A stretch of DNA of 63,241 nucleotides, the filler included, from Kipferlia bialata (Eukaryota), in the NCBI GenBank assembly GCA_003568945.1. It is 7 parts of 7 records of this genome, joined end to end, with 100 filler letters (N's around TTAATTAATTAA, not from the genome) between each part and the next. Parts side by side here need not be neighbours in the genome. Positions count along the whole stretch, not along the records: positions 1 to 10,655 come from BDIP01001385.1; positions 10,756 to 21,399 come from BDIP01001386.1; 5 more parts are not named here. One strand, written 5' to 3'. This document shows, piece after piece, positions 1 to 14,187 of this stretch. A program made the position numbers and the translations under genes. Within the stretch, counting starts at the first letter, position 1, and each line of letters starts with the position of its first letter. The notes below the pieces were generated by a model that saw only the letters and a list, made by a program, of their open reading frames with translations, had not been told where the DNA came from and searched no databases.

Positions 1-3000
1 AACCCATGACCCTGACGCTTGACCCCTCTTGACTCTGGTCTCCGTTGGTCAAGGTAGTGGCATCTGAGTGAAGAGGTTGGTACTCATTGGAACCTGCATC
101 AGTATTGATATATATTATCAAAGCACGCACGAGTACATTTCCTCACTTAGTATACTATTGATATACAGTTACTCATTAACAGCAGATAAATATAAATATA
201 TATATATAGTCCATATATATCTATATTAGAATATATATGTACTATTCCTCGCCATACCCTTGAGAGAGGCCTTGTTGGGGTTCGGTGTGACCTCTCCGCA
301 CAGGACCTTGATCAAGGTGCTCTTGCCTGGAGGTAGCCTTGTATATATGGTATATATATATATATTATACTATATTATATATTAATACATGTCTATATAT
401 ATAACCTTGATCAAGGTGCTCTTGCCTGGAGGTGACACGGATATATATATGTGTGAGTGTGGTATATATATATATGGTATACATAGAATATATATATGGT
501 ATATACATATGAATATATACATGTAATATGAGGTACACTAGATCTATACTATATGTATATATTAGCTAATATTTATATATATATGTACCTGTCCCATTGA
601 TGCCGCATAGTGCATGTACGACACCAGTGTATGTATTAGTACATGTATATATTACAGATACACTATACTATATACTATATATATGTGTGTATACATGTAC
701 CTGCCCCATTGATGCCGCACAGTGCATGTACCACACCATTGTATGTATTAGTACATGTATATATATAACGTATATATATATATTACAGATACACTATACT
801 ATATATATACATGTGTATGTATGTATATATACCTGCCCCATTGATACCACACAGTGCATGTACCACACCAGGGTCAAGGGTCAGATCAGCACCCTGGAGG
901 GCAAGGACCTGTGGTAAGGTGTATATATGGAGAGAGACAAACATACTATACTATATTTGTATATACAGAGAGAGAGAGAGAAAGGGAAGATCAGCACCCT
1001 GGAGGGCAAGGACCTGTGGTAAGGTATATATATATACATATACATATGTAATAATTTCTATATATATAGAGAGGGAGAGAGAGAGGGAGAGAGAGAAAGA
1101 GGGAAACTCAGCACCCTGGAGGGCAAGGACCTGTGGTAAGAGGTATACATACATATACATATATATAGAGAGAGAGATAGGGGAGGGAGGACCCTGGAGA
1201 GCAAGAACCCAGAATGAGTCAGATTGTGTGTATAGATTGAGATACTATAATTCACATAATGAGACACCGCATGTATACTATTGTATATAGTATATATATA
1301 GCCTCTAAACATCGTCAGAGTCACATGTACCCAGGCCCCCCATCTCAGCAATGATGTATGTTGGGTATACCTATATATGTATATATATGTGTGTGTGTGA
1401 CTTACAGTATCAGCTAATATATATAGACACTTTCGCACCTTATCCCCCTTCCTCAGGTTGAATGTCTTATAGACATTGGAGCATTGTATCAGGTTGGACC
1501 TGTCAGGCCGCTGGTGCATAGCGGAGTAGAAGCTAGAAGTAAGTATGTCTATACATATATCTATATTGGTATAGCACAATGTGGAATACTATTACTATAT
1601 ATATGTGTGTATTATGGTAGACTTGTCAGGCCGCTGGTGCATGGCGGAGTAGAAGCTAGAAGTAAGTATGTCTATACATATATCTATATTGGTACAGCAC
1701 AATGTGGAATACTATTACTATATGTATGTGTGTGTTTAAGATAGACTTGTCAGGCCGCTGGTGCATGGCGGAGTAGAAGCTAGAGGTCAGTTGATATATA
1801 GATTGAATACTTCTGATCTGGGGGTACCCATAGGAAAGATACAGATAGTTAAAGAGAAATGGATCTGTGCCACAACAAATAAGGTAAATAACATACCGTT
1901 TCATGAACGGGAACAGCAGTGGCAGCCCACGTGAACGGGGTCCTACGGGTGAGAGGATTTGTGTGTGGTCCGAGAGAGTATTAACGTGTATATACTTGAT
2001 CAGAAGACTACTACAGAGATGGATGTATACATATGTGTACATATTGTACTGGACTGACATGTGCGATGAACACGGCCAATATATATATATATGTGTATCG
2101 AAATCTACATGTGCAAATGGAACAAGAGACAGTAACACCTGTCCATACAATATACACACACACACACACACACACAGATATATACATATATATATATATA
2201 GGTACCTGGGCTGACATGTGCGATGTACACAGCCACTAGGGGCAGAACGAGACTCTGGAGGGCAGGAAGTACAAGAGCTGCAGTGAGATATGTGCCAGAA
2301 CACTATATTCATATGTAAATATATAAATGTATGTATATGTTGTAAGCAGTGCACATATATATGGACAGGAAGTACAACATCTGTGGTAAGGACACTTCAC
2401 TATTCTTATGAATACACGTATAGATAACTAAGAGATGCTGGCCGAAATGTGTATGTAGTATCTATCGTTCCGGCAATGCAGCGTAACACAACTTGCTAGA
2501 ATACAATCAGTATCAAGGATACATATACACTACAGAGTATATGTTCGAATCAGGGTATATTTGGATATATCCAAGAGCAGGATAAGACGTAAATGTATGA
2601 TGATGCACATAGATAGTGAATCACATATACCGCGAGATACACTGCGAGAGATGCCGCCAGATATACCTGTGTACCCTAGGTATGGCACAGTGTATGTGCA
2701 GGGTGTCGGTATGGGCTCGCCTGGGTATAAGTCAAGACAATACTTATACACGCCAGAAGAGAAAATGCATCACTATGATAAGAACACAATATTTTCCAAT
2801 ACTAATGTGTATTCAGTCGATGGGTATGGTATCATCGGGGGTTTGAGGTGGAAAGGCATCGACACTGTGCAACTGTATACTCCTACAATAGAGGTATATG
2901 GAGCATATGTATAGTTTGTGACTATGTACTGTACATAGATACCCCTACAGTAGACGTATATGAAGACAATGAAAACACTGACCTCGCCGTACCAGCTGCT

Positions 3001-6000
3001 GCTGGTAACACACATATATATATATTCCATTGAATACATATACATATATATATGTATACTTATACATGTGTATATACATTAATATGTATATACATATGTA
3101 TATAATATACACACACATATTTATATATATACATAGATTATATCACCTCTCTGGGGCAGCTGCTGCTGGTAGCAGTATCTCTTTGTGGTTGTGTAGTCAC
3201 TGACATCTGTGAAGTAGACAGAGTCGTCATAGAAGGGGCCGGAGGACTCACCCCATACATCCTACAAGTGAGTACACAGCGGGTATCTTACACACACACA
3301 CACACATAGAGAGAGAGAGAGAGAGAGAGGATGTGGTCATAGAAGGGACCGGAGGACTCACCCCACACATCCTACCAGTTAGTACATATTTCAATACATT
3401 ATATAGTTATACATATATATATGTATATGAGTGTATATTCAGAGAGTATATACATACATAATGGTAACCACACATGTGAGTGTATATAGAGTACACATAC
3501 ATACTGGATACCTTTGGAAGTAGCACTGTGAGTGTGGTGTAACTCTCAACCAGGGTGAGTGGGGGGAAGACAACACCCACGGCCCAGACTGGGGTGAGAC
3601 ACATATACCATAGAGACACGTCAACCTATAAACATATATAAGCACATATACTATACATTAGGATAGCATAGAGTACATACTATCTATATACCTAGAGGCC
3701 TTGGTAGGATAGAAGGGTCCCACACCCCTCCCTCCTGGAACATCTGCTGGAAGGCATACTGTAATACAGCTGGAGTGAGTGGAAGGATCAGTATACACAC
3801 TGTGTATATCTATATACTTATATGTATGTATGACTGGACCATCTGTTGGTAGGTATACCGAAACACAGATAGAGTGAGCCGATATGCGTACGTATGTAAC
3901 TCCACTGCATATGGAGCTAGAGGTAAAGTGTCACAACAAGTACAACAAGTACAATAGAGGAGGATATACAAAGAGAGTCATGACTAAGTAATTATGGAAG
4001 ACACCTGAGAGTATGCCAATGCCCACTGCCCATGACACAGCTCGTACTCTACATATATATATACTAATATATATATATATAAATATACTATATACAAACA
4101 GTGCCTCTAGTAATGTACCTGACAAGATGCCTATGCCCACTGCCCATGACACTGCCCTGGACAGAGTGTGGCACAGGGCACTCAGGATGATGGCAAAAGC
4201 ACAGTACGAAGAGGCCTAGGGTCAGTGATATTGAGTAACATCAGTATAATATGAGTAGAAGAGAGAGAGAGAGAGAGAGAGAATAAGAGAGAGAGAGAAT
4301 AAGAGAGAGAGAGAGAGAGAATAAGAGAGAGAGAGGCAGATGATGATGATGATGATGGCAAAGGCACAGTACGAGAGGCCTAGGGTTAGAAGAGAGAGGG
4401 TGGGATAGAGAGAGACGGGATGATGTGCCTGAAGCCCGAACATAATAAGCAGCACATCCACTGGCCTTTCACCCTCTCTCTCTCCCCCGTTCTCTCTATG
4501 TATGTGGGCAGCGTATCAATAGTATCTGCAACTGCGTGGTTATGAGAGCCAAAGCGATCAATAGTAACTGCAACTGATTGTACATGTCAGCCAAACTGGC
4601 TGATGAGCCATCATTCTCTCTCTCTGTGTATATACAATGTATTTCGTATCAATATGGTGTATATACTGATACCTGTAACCCGTAGAGACTGATGAACATA
4701 TCATCTAGCACCACTATATATACTACATACCATATACCATACACAATACACTATATACTATGACATATGTACCTGCAATCCAAACAGACTGATGAGCACA
4801 CCCAGTGACAGATATATATACTACATACCATATACAATATACTCTATACTATATACTATGCCATATATACCTGTAACCCGTACAGACTGATGAGCACACC
4901 CACTGACTGGCACCACTATATATATATACTCCATACCATATACCACATACAATATACTATATACTATGTTATACTGATACCTGTAAACCGTAGAGACTGA
5001 TGAGCACACCCAGTGACAGGTTGATGTCGGGGGTGATGCCAAGGAGGTATCTGATAGTTAGAGAGGGGGAAGCATAATGTAGAATATGGATATATATATA
5101 GTATATATGTAATGTATGTATTATACTATATACAGTATATGCTGATGTCGGGGTGATGCCAAGGAGGTATCTAAGAGTGAGACATAGGTTAGAAGGTATA
5201 CATATACTATATATACTATATATGCAATACTATATATACACTGAAGATATACAGGTTGATGTCCGGGGTGATGCCAAGGAGATATCTGGTAGTTAGAGAG
5301 GCATATTGTAGAGAGTCTACACTGTAAGTATGGGGGTGATGCCAAGGAGAGAGCTAGACGGTAAGACAGAGGTGAGTAGGTATCAATGCAGTAGACATCT
5401 GACTAGGCACATATATACTACATTGTTGTGGCAGTGTATATATATACATATATATATAGTATACAGTAGTATATACTCACCCAGATACAACCATCAGAGC
5501 TGTTGACACCAGACACAGTGGCAGTGTGACCAGCCACCAACCAATGTAGTGCTCCCACTCCTTGAGGCCTGGGAAGTGAGAGAGTATATATATAATGTCC
5601 TATACACTTCCTTGAGGCCTCGGAGAGAAGTGCGGATGTACGGAAGGAGAACAGAACTAATACACAGTATATCTAATACATGGCTAGATACTCGACACAT
5701 ATATATACCTAGAGCTCTCATGCTAACCAGTCTGAGGCCACGTATATATACTAAAGGTATTACATAATTAACTATATGCACTACATATTTGTATATATAC
5801 CTAGGGCTCTCATGCTAACCAGCCTGCCCCTCTCCGCTGAGGCCATATATATACTAGAGGTATTGCATAGTATATTATATTCACTTAATATGTGTANNNN
5901 NNNNNNNNNNNNNNNNNNNNNNNNNNNNNNNNNNNNNNNNNNNNNNNNNNNNNNNNNNNNNNNNNNNNNNNNNNNNNNNNNNNNNNNNNNNNNNNNNNNN

Positions 6001-7086
6001 NNNNNNNNNNNNNNNNNNNNNNNNNNNNNNNNNNNNNNNNNNNNNNNNNNNNNNNNNNNNNNNNNNNNNNNNNNNNNNNNNNNNNNNNNNNNNNNNNNNN
6101 NNNNNNNNNNNNNNNNNNNNNNNNNNNNNNNNNNNNNNNNNNNNNNNNNNNNNNNNNNNNNNNNNNNNNNNNNNNNNNNNNNNNNNNNNNNNNNNNNNNN
6201 NNNNNNNNNNNNNNNNNNNNNNNNNNNNNNNNNNNNNNNNNNNNNNNNNNNNNNNNNNNNNNNNNNNNNNNNNNNNNNNNNNNNNNNNNNNNNNNNNNNN
6301 NNNNNNNNNNNNNNNNNNNNNNNNNNNNNNNNNNNNNNNNNNNNNNNNNNNNNNNNNNNNNNNNNNNNNNNNNNNNNNNNNNNNNNNNNNNNNNNNNNNN
6401 NNNNNNNNNNNNNNNNNNNNNNNNNNNNNNNNNNNNNNNNNNNNNNNNNNNNNNNNNNNNNNNNNNNNNNNNNNNNNNNNNNNNNNNNNNNNNNNNNNNN
6501 NNNNNNNNNNNNNNNNNNNNNNNNNNNNNNNNNNNNNNNNNNNNNNNNNNNNNNNNNNNNNNNNNNNNNNNNNNNNNNNNNNNNNNNNNNNNNNNNNNNN
6601 NNNNNNNNNNNNNNNNNNNNNNNNNNNNNNNNNNNNNNNNNNNNNNNNNNNNNNNNNNNNNNNNNNNNNNNNNNNNNNNNNNNNNNNNNNNNNNNNNNNN
6701 NNNNNNNNNNNNNNNNNNNNNNNNNNNNNNNNNNNNNNNNNNNNNNNNNNNNNNNNNNNNNNNNNNNNNNNNNNNNNNNNNNNNNNNNNNNNNNNNNNNN
6801 NNNNNNNNNNNNNCATATATATACACTATGATACACAGGCCCAGCATGACAGCCATGGACTCAACCCTCATGTTTAGTTGTACATATGAAAATATATATG
6901 ATACTAATATGTACAAGGATATTAATACTATGACTTTACCTCATCGCGGGGGCTGCCGTGCTCTTGAGCTCTGGGAAGCCCTGCTATCAATATCAGTATA
7001 AGTGTCTACATAGTATGTATATGATATATAGTTATGATATACCCATATGATATGTAAAATGATATCTTGAGCTCTGGGAATCCCTA

Positions 7087-7118
<32 letters not shown>

Positions 7119-7469
7119 GACAACGCTATAATATATACTTGATACTGATACTGATACGAATACTGATACGTGAAGCCCCTGGTATCAGTATCAGAATCAC
7201 TTGTGAATTCAGATAGTGATACTGGTACAAAATTAGTAGATAATTTGTATTTGTACTTAATAACACACATGATACCTGGAACTCAGCGTCTATCCTGATG
7301 GTGTATAGATAGATATATAAAAAAATATGTAATATGATACTATGTATATGATGAGTATATGATATACCTGGAACTCAGCGTCTATCCTGACATCATGATA
7401 TGGTATATAGACATACATGTGATATATATATGATATACCTATATGAGATGTATAAGTATATATACAATA

Positions 7470-7512
<43 letters not shown>

Positions 7513-8216
7513 ACCTGGAACTCTGCGTCTATCCTGACATTGCCGATCACTCTGGCAATGGAGGACTCAATGGCAGTCTGGGAGTGAGCGATACAGGTAT
7601 AGATAGTATATATATATATATATATATATGTAGAGAGAGAGAGAGAGAGAGAGAGAATCCTAGCAATGGAGGACTCAATGGCAGTCTGGGAGTGAGGGTA
7701 CGTATATATGTATAGATAGTATGTATGTTTATATATATATATATGTATTTGTATATATATATGGAGAGAGAGAGAGAATCCTGGTATTGGCGGACTCAAT
7801 GGCTGTCTGAGGTGGGTACGTGATTGTATAGAAAGAGAGAAAGATAAAGAGAGGAAGATAAAGAGAGAGAAAGTGGATCTTAAGGTGGGGTGAGGTGATC
7901 TTAAAAGTGGATGTTGTATACGTCCTGGATATATGATATGCGTAACGCATGGATGTATCCACGTGCACTTGCATGCCTCTAAGACGAGCAGAAGAACACT
8001 AGAAATATATATTTATATGCTTACAAGTATAAAGAGTCTAAGAAGACATATATATGCATACTTATAGAGAGATAGAGGAACAATAGAATATGTAGTATCA
8101 CAATAGTATATATAGCACCTGTATCTGCATGCCCCGCCCTGTGTAGTGGTCTGGCCTTCCCACAGCCTGGGGGTCAAAGGAGATGCATATATTCACATAG
8201 GATGTGTATAAAGTAT

Positions 8217-8266
<50 letters not shown>

Positions 8267-10393
8267 CCTGTGTAGTGATCAGGCCTTCCCACAGCCTAGG
8301 GGTCAGAACAGAGTGGTATAGATGTCTACCACTAAGCCATGTCACATAACTACACGTTGACACTTCCACACAACAGAAAATGAATCAGATATGGCATTCA
8401 ACCCAAGCAATTCACGCATTGAAAAGTATACATTTGTATTCATATACGTATAGTATAATTGTATTCATATATTGCTGACCTAGAGCGTATCCTGAGTATA
8501 CTGCTGAGGTATAACAATCAAATGCGCAGTAAGTACACGTGTGTATACTAACATGTATGTACATATATATGGAAAGAGAGAGAGAGAGCACATACCTTGA
8601 TGAAGGGATCAGTCTCTGGCACCAGCACAGTGCTGGGGGTGAGAGTGGGTGATATATTTATATATATATATAGATAGATAGATAGATATAGATATAGATA
8701 TATATGTGTGTGATAATGAGTCTCTGGCACCAGCACAGTGCTGGAGGTGAGACACACACACATATATATATATGTACTGTGAGAGTGGGTCAGAGATATA
8801 TATATATATACTGTACTACTTGATATATACACACACACATATATATATATATATAAATATATAATGAACGTCTCTGGCACCAACACAGTGCTGGAGGTGA
8901 GGGAGATAGGGGTCATATGGGGATACTTATATATACACACATATATATACCCTCAATCTTCTATATACAAAACGAATACAACATGTGTAGAGTATAAATG
9001 AGTTGTGTAATCCCATATATACTATATATGACATACACTACAATTTACCTGTTGAATATTGCCGTGTATGACACCGAATGGTCACAATGTATTCATGTTT
9101 TCGATATATATGATCCCTTCCACATTCGTATTCTCACTAACTTCCATTTACAACATAATGTGAATTCACCATAATATACCTATTGAACTTTGCCGTGTAT
9201 GCGACTGAGTGGTCACTGTCGATGTCAAGGTGGACAGTCATCAGAGAGGGCAGCCAGGAGGGGGAGTGCTCCTAATATAAGGGGGGAGAGAGAGACCTGA
9301 GAGAGAGAGAGAGAGAGAGAACGATCATCAGAGAGGGCAGCCAGGAGGGGGCATGTGCCTGTGGTATGAGAGAGGGGGTGATGGGCAACATAGAATATAT
9401 ATACATTACACCACATCAACAATGAATCTTAGTCTTTACGACTCACATACCCCTATACTATTCTATGTGTGCATAATATAGTACGCAAATGTGTGAATGT
9501 TTATACTATATACCTCATAATAGTCACTGTTCATGCCGTATCTGGCCAGATTGACATAGACATTCAATTATTATATATTAATATATATATATATATATTG
9601 GTGAATACATATACTATCTATATATATACTATCTCTATATATATATACCTCATAGTACTCACTGTCCATGCCGTATCTGGCCAGATTGACATCAGTCTGC
9701 TCTAGGGGCATGTTGGGGTTGGTACCTGTCAATGAGATGGTATATATAGTATATGTAGTATATGTAAAATACACAGGATATAATTGGAGGGAACAAATGG
9801 TACGCACCCCTTGTCACTAACCGGAGAAATACATAGGTAATCATACAATACAATCAATAATGCATATAGGTTGTATTCAAATGGATGAATCTCAGTACGG
9901 TATATTGTACATATTATAATCTCCCTCAGTGACACATGGCATAATATTAATTATATTATATAATTCATATATATATATATATTTATATGAAATACATATT
10001 AGTGACTCCTCACCCTCAGTCACAAACAGGCCAATGTTGGGGTAGCGGTCAAGGTCATACTGATGGGTAAGGGAGAGGGGAAAGGAGGGAGAGGCATAGA
10101 GAGACTAGTAGTCTCATAATACATTGATATATATCACACAGATGTGTGTAATATCTATCCCAGTCAAGATGCAGCATGGTGTATATATTGATAGTATATA
10201 CAAATATATATACAACCACATACCACAAAAGTGTATATATATAAAACTATACCTGATCAAGATGCAGCACCGTGCCCTCCTCCCACCCGTTGTTCTGGAT
10301 CATGTCGTTGATGATCTGGACACCAATACCCTCTCCCTCTCCCTCTCCCTCTCCCTCTCCCAGTGTGTGGTCGTATATCTGGGGTCAGAGAGA

Positions 10394-10437
<44 letters not shown>

Positions 10438-10503
10438 CCTCATAGGCCATGGTCAGACAGGGATGGCCGGGGGCGCCTGTGATGGTATCTTGCCAGTGGT
10501 CTG
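1..10503 (-). CDS. ABCA-family ABC transporter, multi-exon, partial at both ends (extracellular domain, TM segments, start of NBD1)
   Basis: Hand-spliced minus-strand GT-AG exons: LIQCSNVYKTFNLRKGDK (~1437-1535) | VLALQGADLTLDPGVVHALCGINGAG (~831-910) | KSTLIKVLCGEVTP (~257-327), giving Walker A GINGAGKST, then ...GSSVRVMG (1-93). Upstream TM exons IPPWHHPDINLSLGVLISLYGLQ | ASSYCAFAIILSALCHTLSRAVSWAVGIGILS and the ECD exon QTAIESSIARVIGNVRIDAEFQ resemble the ABCA layout. Interrupted by an N gap at 5897-6813. Confidence 0.8.
587..1210 (-). repeat. Exon-fragment array around the ABCA Walker-A exon (3 upstream 5' fragments, full exon, 2 downstream 3' fragments)
   Basis: Plus-strand 'tcagcaccctggagggcaaggacctgtggtaag' at ~886, ~991 and ~1108, decayed at ~1190; 'acctg(c/t)cccattgat(a/g)cc..(t/c)agtgcatgtac' at ~587, ~699 and ~831. 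Confidence 0.9.
4670..5350 (-). repeat. Exon-fragment array of the ABCA TM exon IPPWHHPDINLSLGVLISLYGLQ
   Basis: Full exon ~4980-5050. 3' fragments with a GT donor at ~4672, ~4771 and ~4870; 5' fragments 'gggtgatgccaagga' at ~5150, ~5266 and ~5333. Confidence 0.85.
5897..6813. other. Internal scaffold gap (917 N)
   Basis: Run of N without the TTAATTAATTAA linker. Confidence 0.99.
7275..7810 (-). repeat. Exon-fragment array of the ABCA exon TAIESSIARVIGNVRIDAEFQ
   Basis: Full exon ~7514-7578; 5' fragments ~7660 and ~7780; 3' fragments with donor 'acctggaactc(a/t)gcgtctatcctga' at ~7275 and ~7366. Confidence 0.85.
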
Positions 10504-10601
10504 GAATGAGATAGGCATACAGGAAGAGAGAGCGCGAGAGAGAGAGAATAGTCAGAGACCGGTGATGGTGTCATGCCCGTGGTCTGGAGTCAGATCTATG
10601 C

Positions 10602-10655
<54 letters not shown>

Positions 10656-10755
10656 NNNNNNNNNNNNNNNNNNNNNNNNNNNNNNNNNNNNNNNNNNNNT
10701 TAATTAATTAANNNNNNNNNNNNNNNNNNNNNNNNNNNNNNNNNNNNNNNNNNNN
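10656..10755. other. Artificial contig linker N44-TTAATTAATTAA-N44
   Basis: Exactly 100 bp with stop codons in all six frames; the identical unit recurs six times in the window. Confidence 0.99.
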
Positions 10756-11089
10756 GTAAAATTCATTTTACTATATAGTAACTGCATTTTACTATATTTT
10801 TGAAACCCTAATTTGAAGTGTTGACTGTGTCTGTCACCGCGGATCGTACAGTCAGCTGGTAGTTATATCACAAGTACTATTCCAATGGCACTCTCCAACA
10901 TCTATTCATCTTCTGCAAACACAAAGAATCTATTCTAAAAATCTCGTTGCTAAACAACGGCAAACCAAAGAAACTACCACTCTACCAAAAGAACGCAGAG
11001 TAGTAAGAACAGAACAGAGTACTGTCATCACATGACTGATAGGAGCCATTGACACTCTCTCCGTCCTGCCTCTACCATCAGCTCCCCTC

Positions 11090-14000
11090 TCACCATGCCT
11101 CTAAGACCATGAGGCCCCTATCGGACAGGTGCCTGTACCTCTCCTCTGCCTCTCCCTCTGATAGACCACCCTCGGAGACAAGGGCACCCTTGATGATGGC
11201 AGTGATGTCCTGGGGGGTGCGGCCTGGTCGCGTAAGAAAGGAGTAAGAAGAAGAACATCATATACATGTACTACGCGGTAAGACATACCTGAAGGGCCAC
11301 AGTACCCGAAGAACCCGTCCTCCTCCCCAAGTCCCTTCCAGAGGTTGGCAGCGTCCTCCTTCATACGATGTGTCACATATATCTTCTGAGGCTGGTCCCT
11401 GGAAAAGGCTGGAGTCAGAGAACATGATGAGTAGTACAGTAAAACACACATTGCAACCACATTGTACCCACCTGTGACGTAGCGCAGCAGACCCTGCTTC
11501 TCCCAGGCCTCAAACTCATCTATGCACAGGGCGTCCTCAGCCCTCTTCCTACGCGGTTAGAGACCGGTGAGAGCTGACCACACACGCAACAAATAGAGTA
11601 TTGAGTGTAAATTACCCTACCTCGATCCAAAGTACATGGTGCATGCCCCCTGCTGGACCCCTTCTTGATGGAGTGCCTGTCTGTGCTGCATGAAGGCCCT
11701 GAGGTCAGGGGCTCAGTATACTATATATGCGATATGTAGTATATACATAGTCTATATAGTAGTTAGTGTGTCTGCCTACCTGAACGGTGCCACCCCGCAC
11801 CCCAGCCCCACCAGGGCCATGGGTGTCATGGGGTCTGGGGGGGGCTGGAGGGGGGAGGGGGTGATCTGGACAGCCAGCATCGGGTTGTCCTCAACCTGGA
11901 TGTGGGAATATGGTTGTAAGTATAGGACCACAATGGTATGTTCATGAACACAGCCTCATGCTTTCCCATAACGATATATATACATGTGCCTATATATGTG
12001 CTAACCTTGAGGTCCGCGAGGTACCCTGTGCACAGTCCCTGCTTCACCTTGCCAGAGGGGGTCTCCCACCCTAGGGTACGCACCACCAGCTGGACCTAGG
12101 GGTTAGGCAGAGACACACTGTAATCATGTAGATACACACATAATATGATATATACACTGACCTCTCTTGGGTGCAGCAGGGGCGAGGAGGCAATGGAGTA
12201 TAGCCTGGCCCTGGTGGTAAGGTAGTTATGGAAAAATACGACACACAAGATGCCCAAGTAGATGTGGAGGATGGGACATCAGTACCTGTTTGCAGGTACC
12301 AGCTCTATCAAGTGCTCCAGGGGCACAGAGACAGATGGGAACATGCGGCACAGCTCAAAACACTGCACGGACTCCTCGATGATCTCAGTGTGGAACCTAG
12401 AGATAAGACGGGTTACCTAACGCGATGGTCACAGAAACAATGTATGGGGCGTATGGTACCCACCTCTCTGCCCCCTCCTTGGATGCCATGTGCATGAGGG
12501 TATCCTTCTCAGTGGCATCTGAGGCAAAGGGGATAAGACCCTTGAGGAAGGACTGGGGGTTAGTGGCATGTCACAGAGTGTACACACAATACAGGAACAA
12601 ACTATACCTTTGTGACAGGTGCAGCGATGTCCAGGTAGAGACCCAGTACATCGCGTAGTGTGTGTGGCTCTGAGAGTCCCTCTGGCACTGCAGTTGTGGA
12701 TGTTGCCTGCACAGTGATGTATGAGTCGAGGTCGAGGTCCAGTCTCTTGGCCAGACACTGGGGTGAGGGGGTCTAGAGGAACTAGTAATATCACATATAT
12801 ACATGTATATATACGTGAAGAGTGTAGAGTGATATGGGTATGTGTACCTGGACAGCTGTATCTGGCATCCTAGGAAGGATACGTAGGTGGTACCCTGTCT
12901 GACAGTTAGGGATGCTCCATTATGTAGTATGGCAATACTATGTATATGCAATGCATAATGCATATCCCTCATACCTCATACTCGAGTGACGTCTGCCCTA
13001 GGTCCATGTGGAACATGTATGCAGGTCTCTCTGTGGCTGTGGCTGGGGTAATGACCTGGGAGTGAGTGAGTTGTTACAACTGTTGTACACATATATAGTA
13101 TGAGTATCACTATTCATACATATGCATACCTCTGAGTGTGTGAGCTGTACATACTCATAGCCAGGCGGGGGAGCATCCACAGAAGGAGCCTCACAGGGGG
13201 TACAGGAGAACACAGCATCTGGGGTATCATCGCCTCCCTTGTCCTGGGGTGAGAGGCATATAGTATAGGTGTTAGACTATGTGTTTATATGTGTATATAT
13301 GTATATACCTGGTGAGGGGTCTACAGTGCACCACCACTCTCTCTCTCTTCCTATACTGGTATATGTATGTGACTATACCTTGGCGCCCAGTGCCTGCCAG
13401 AGGCCCTCCAGCCACAGGGCCAGTGCAGCCTCTATCCCTTCCTCATGGTCCTCATCACCCATGCCCAGGGGGAGGAGGGGGGTGGCGCCTAGGTCCCTGG
13501 GGGTAAGCCATATAGATATCCACTAATGAGAAGATGAGAGGGAGTGAGAGAAGGAGCGTTGCCTTGGTCCCTGGGAGACACTCATATCGATAAGCTATTA
13601 TATATAGTATTTGTGTGTACCTCAGTCTCTCGTCCACCTGCACTGCACTCTCACAGAACATGGAGAAGGAGGAGTCACCGAGGCCAAACACGCCTAGGTA
13701 TCAGTGTCAGTAGCATCAGTATCATTATACATATGATATGTAACTTATCAGGGACCTATATATCAGTCTATAGCAGTCACCGAGGCCAAACACACCTGGG
13801 TGTCAGTATAACAAGAATCAGAGCAGTATATACATAGATACTGATATACTTGTGTAACAGTGTCAGAATATAACTGTGTACATATTGGTCACCCAACCCA
13901 AACACACCTGGGTGTCAGTGTCAGGATCAGTATACATAACAGTGTAAATACTCATACACCTGTATACCAGTGTCAGTATATAGCAGTGTATATACTGGTA

Positions 14001-14147
14001 CACCTACGTACCTATGTGGCTGTTGGCAAATAGGGTCGAGGGTCTGTCACCATCCTGGGGAGTGAGAGAGTGAATAGAGTAAGAGAGTCTACCTCCAACC
14101 ATTCCCAGAAGTCCTCTGCGTCCTCTGTATTCATATATGTATACTTG

Positions 14148-14187
<40 letters not shown>

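Noticed and set aside
5776..7001. Long ORFs of 311-369 aa in the ORF track
   Set aside because: They are read-through of the 917-N gap.
10656..10755. TTAATTAATTAA palindrome recurring six times
   Set aside because: Synthetic six-frame-stop linker flanked by exactly 44 N on each side; not biological.
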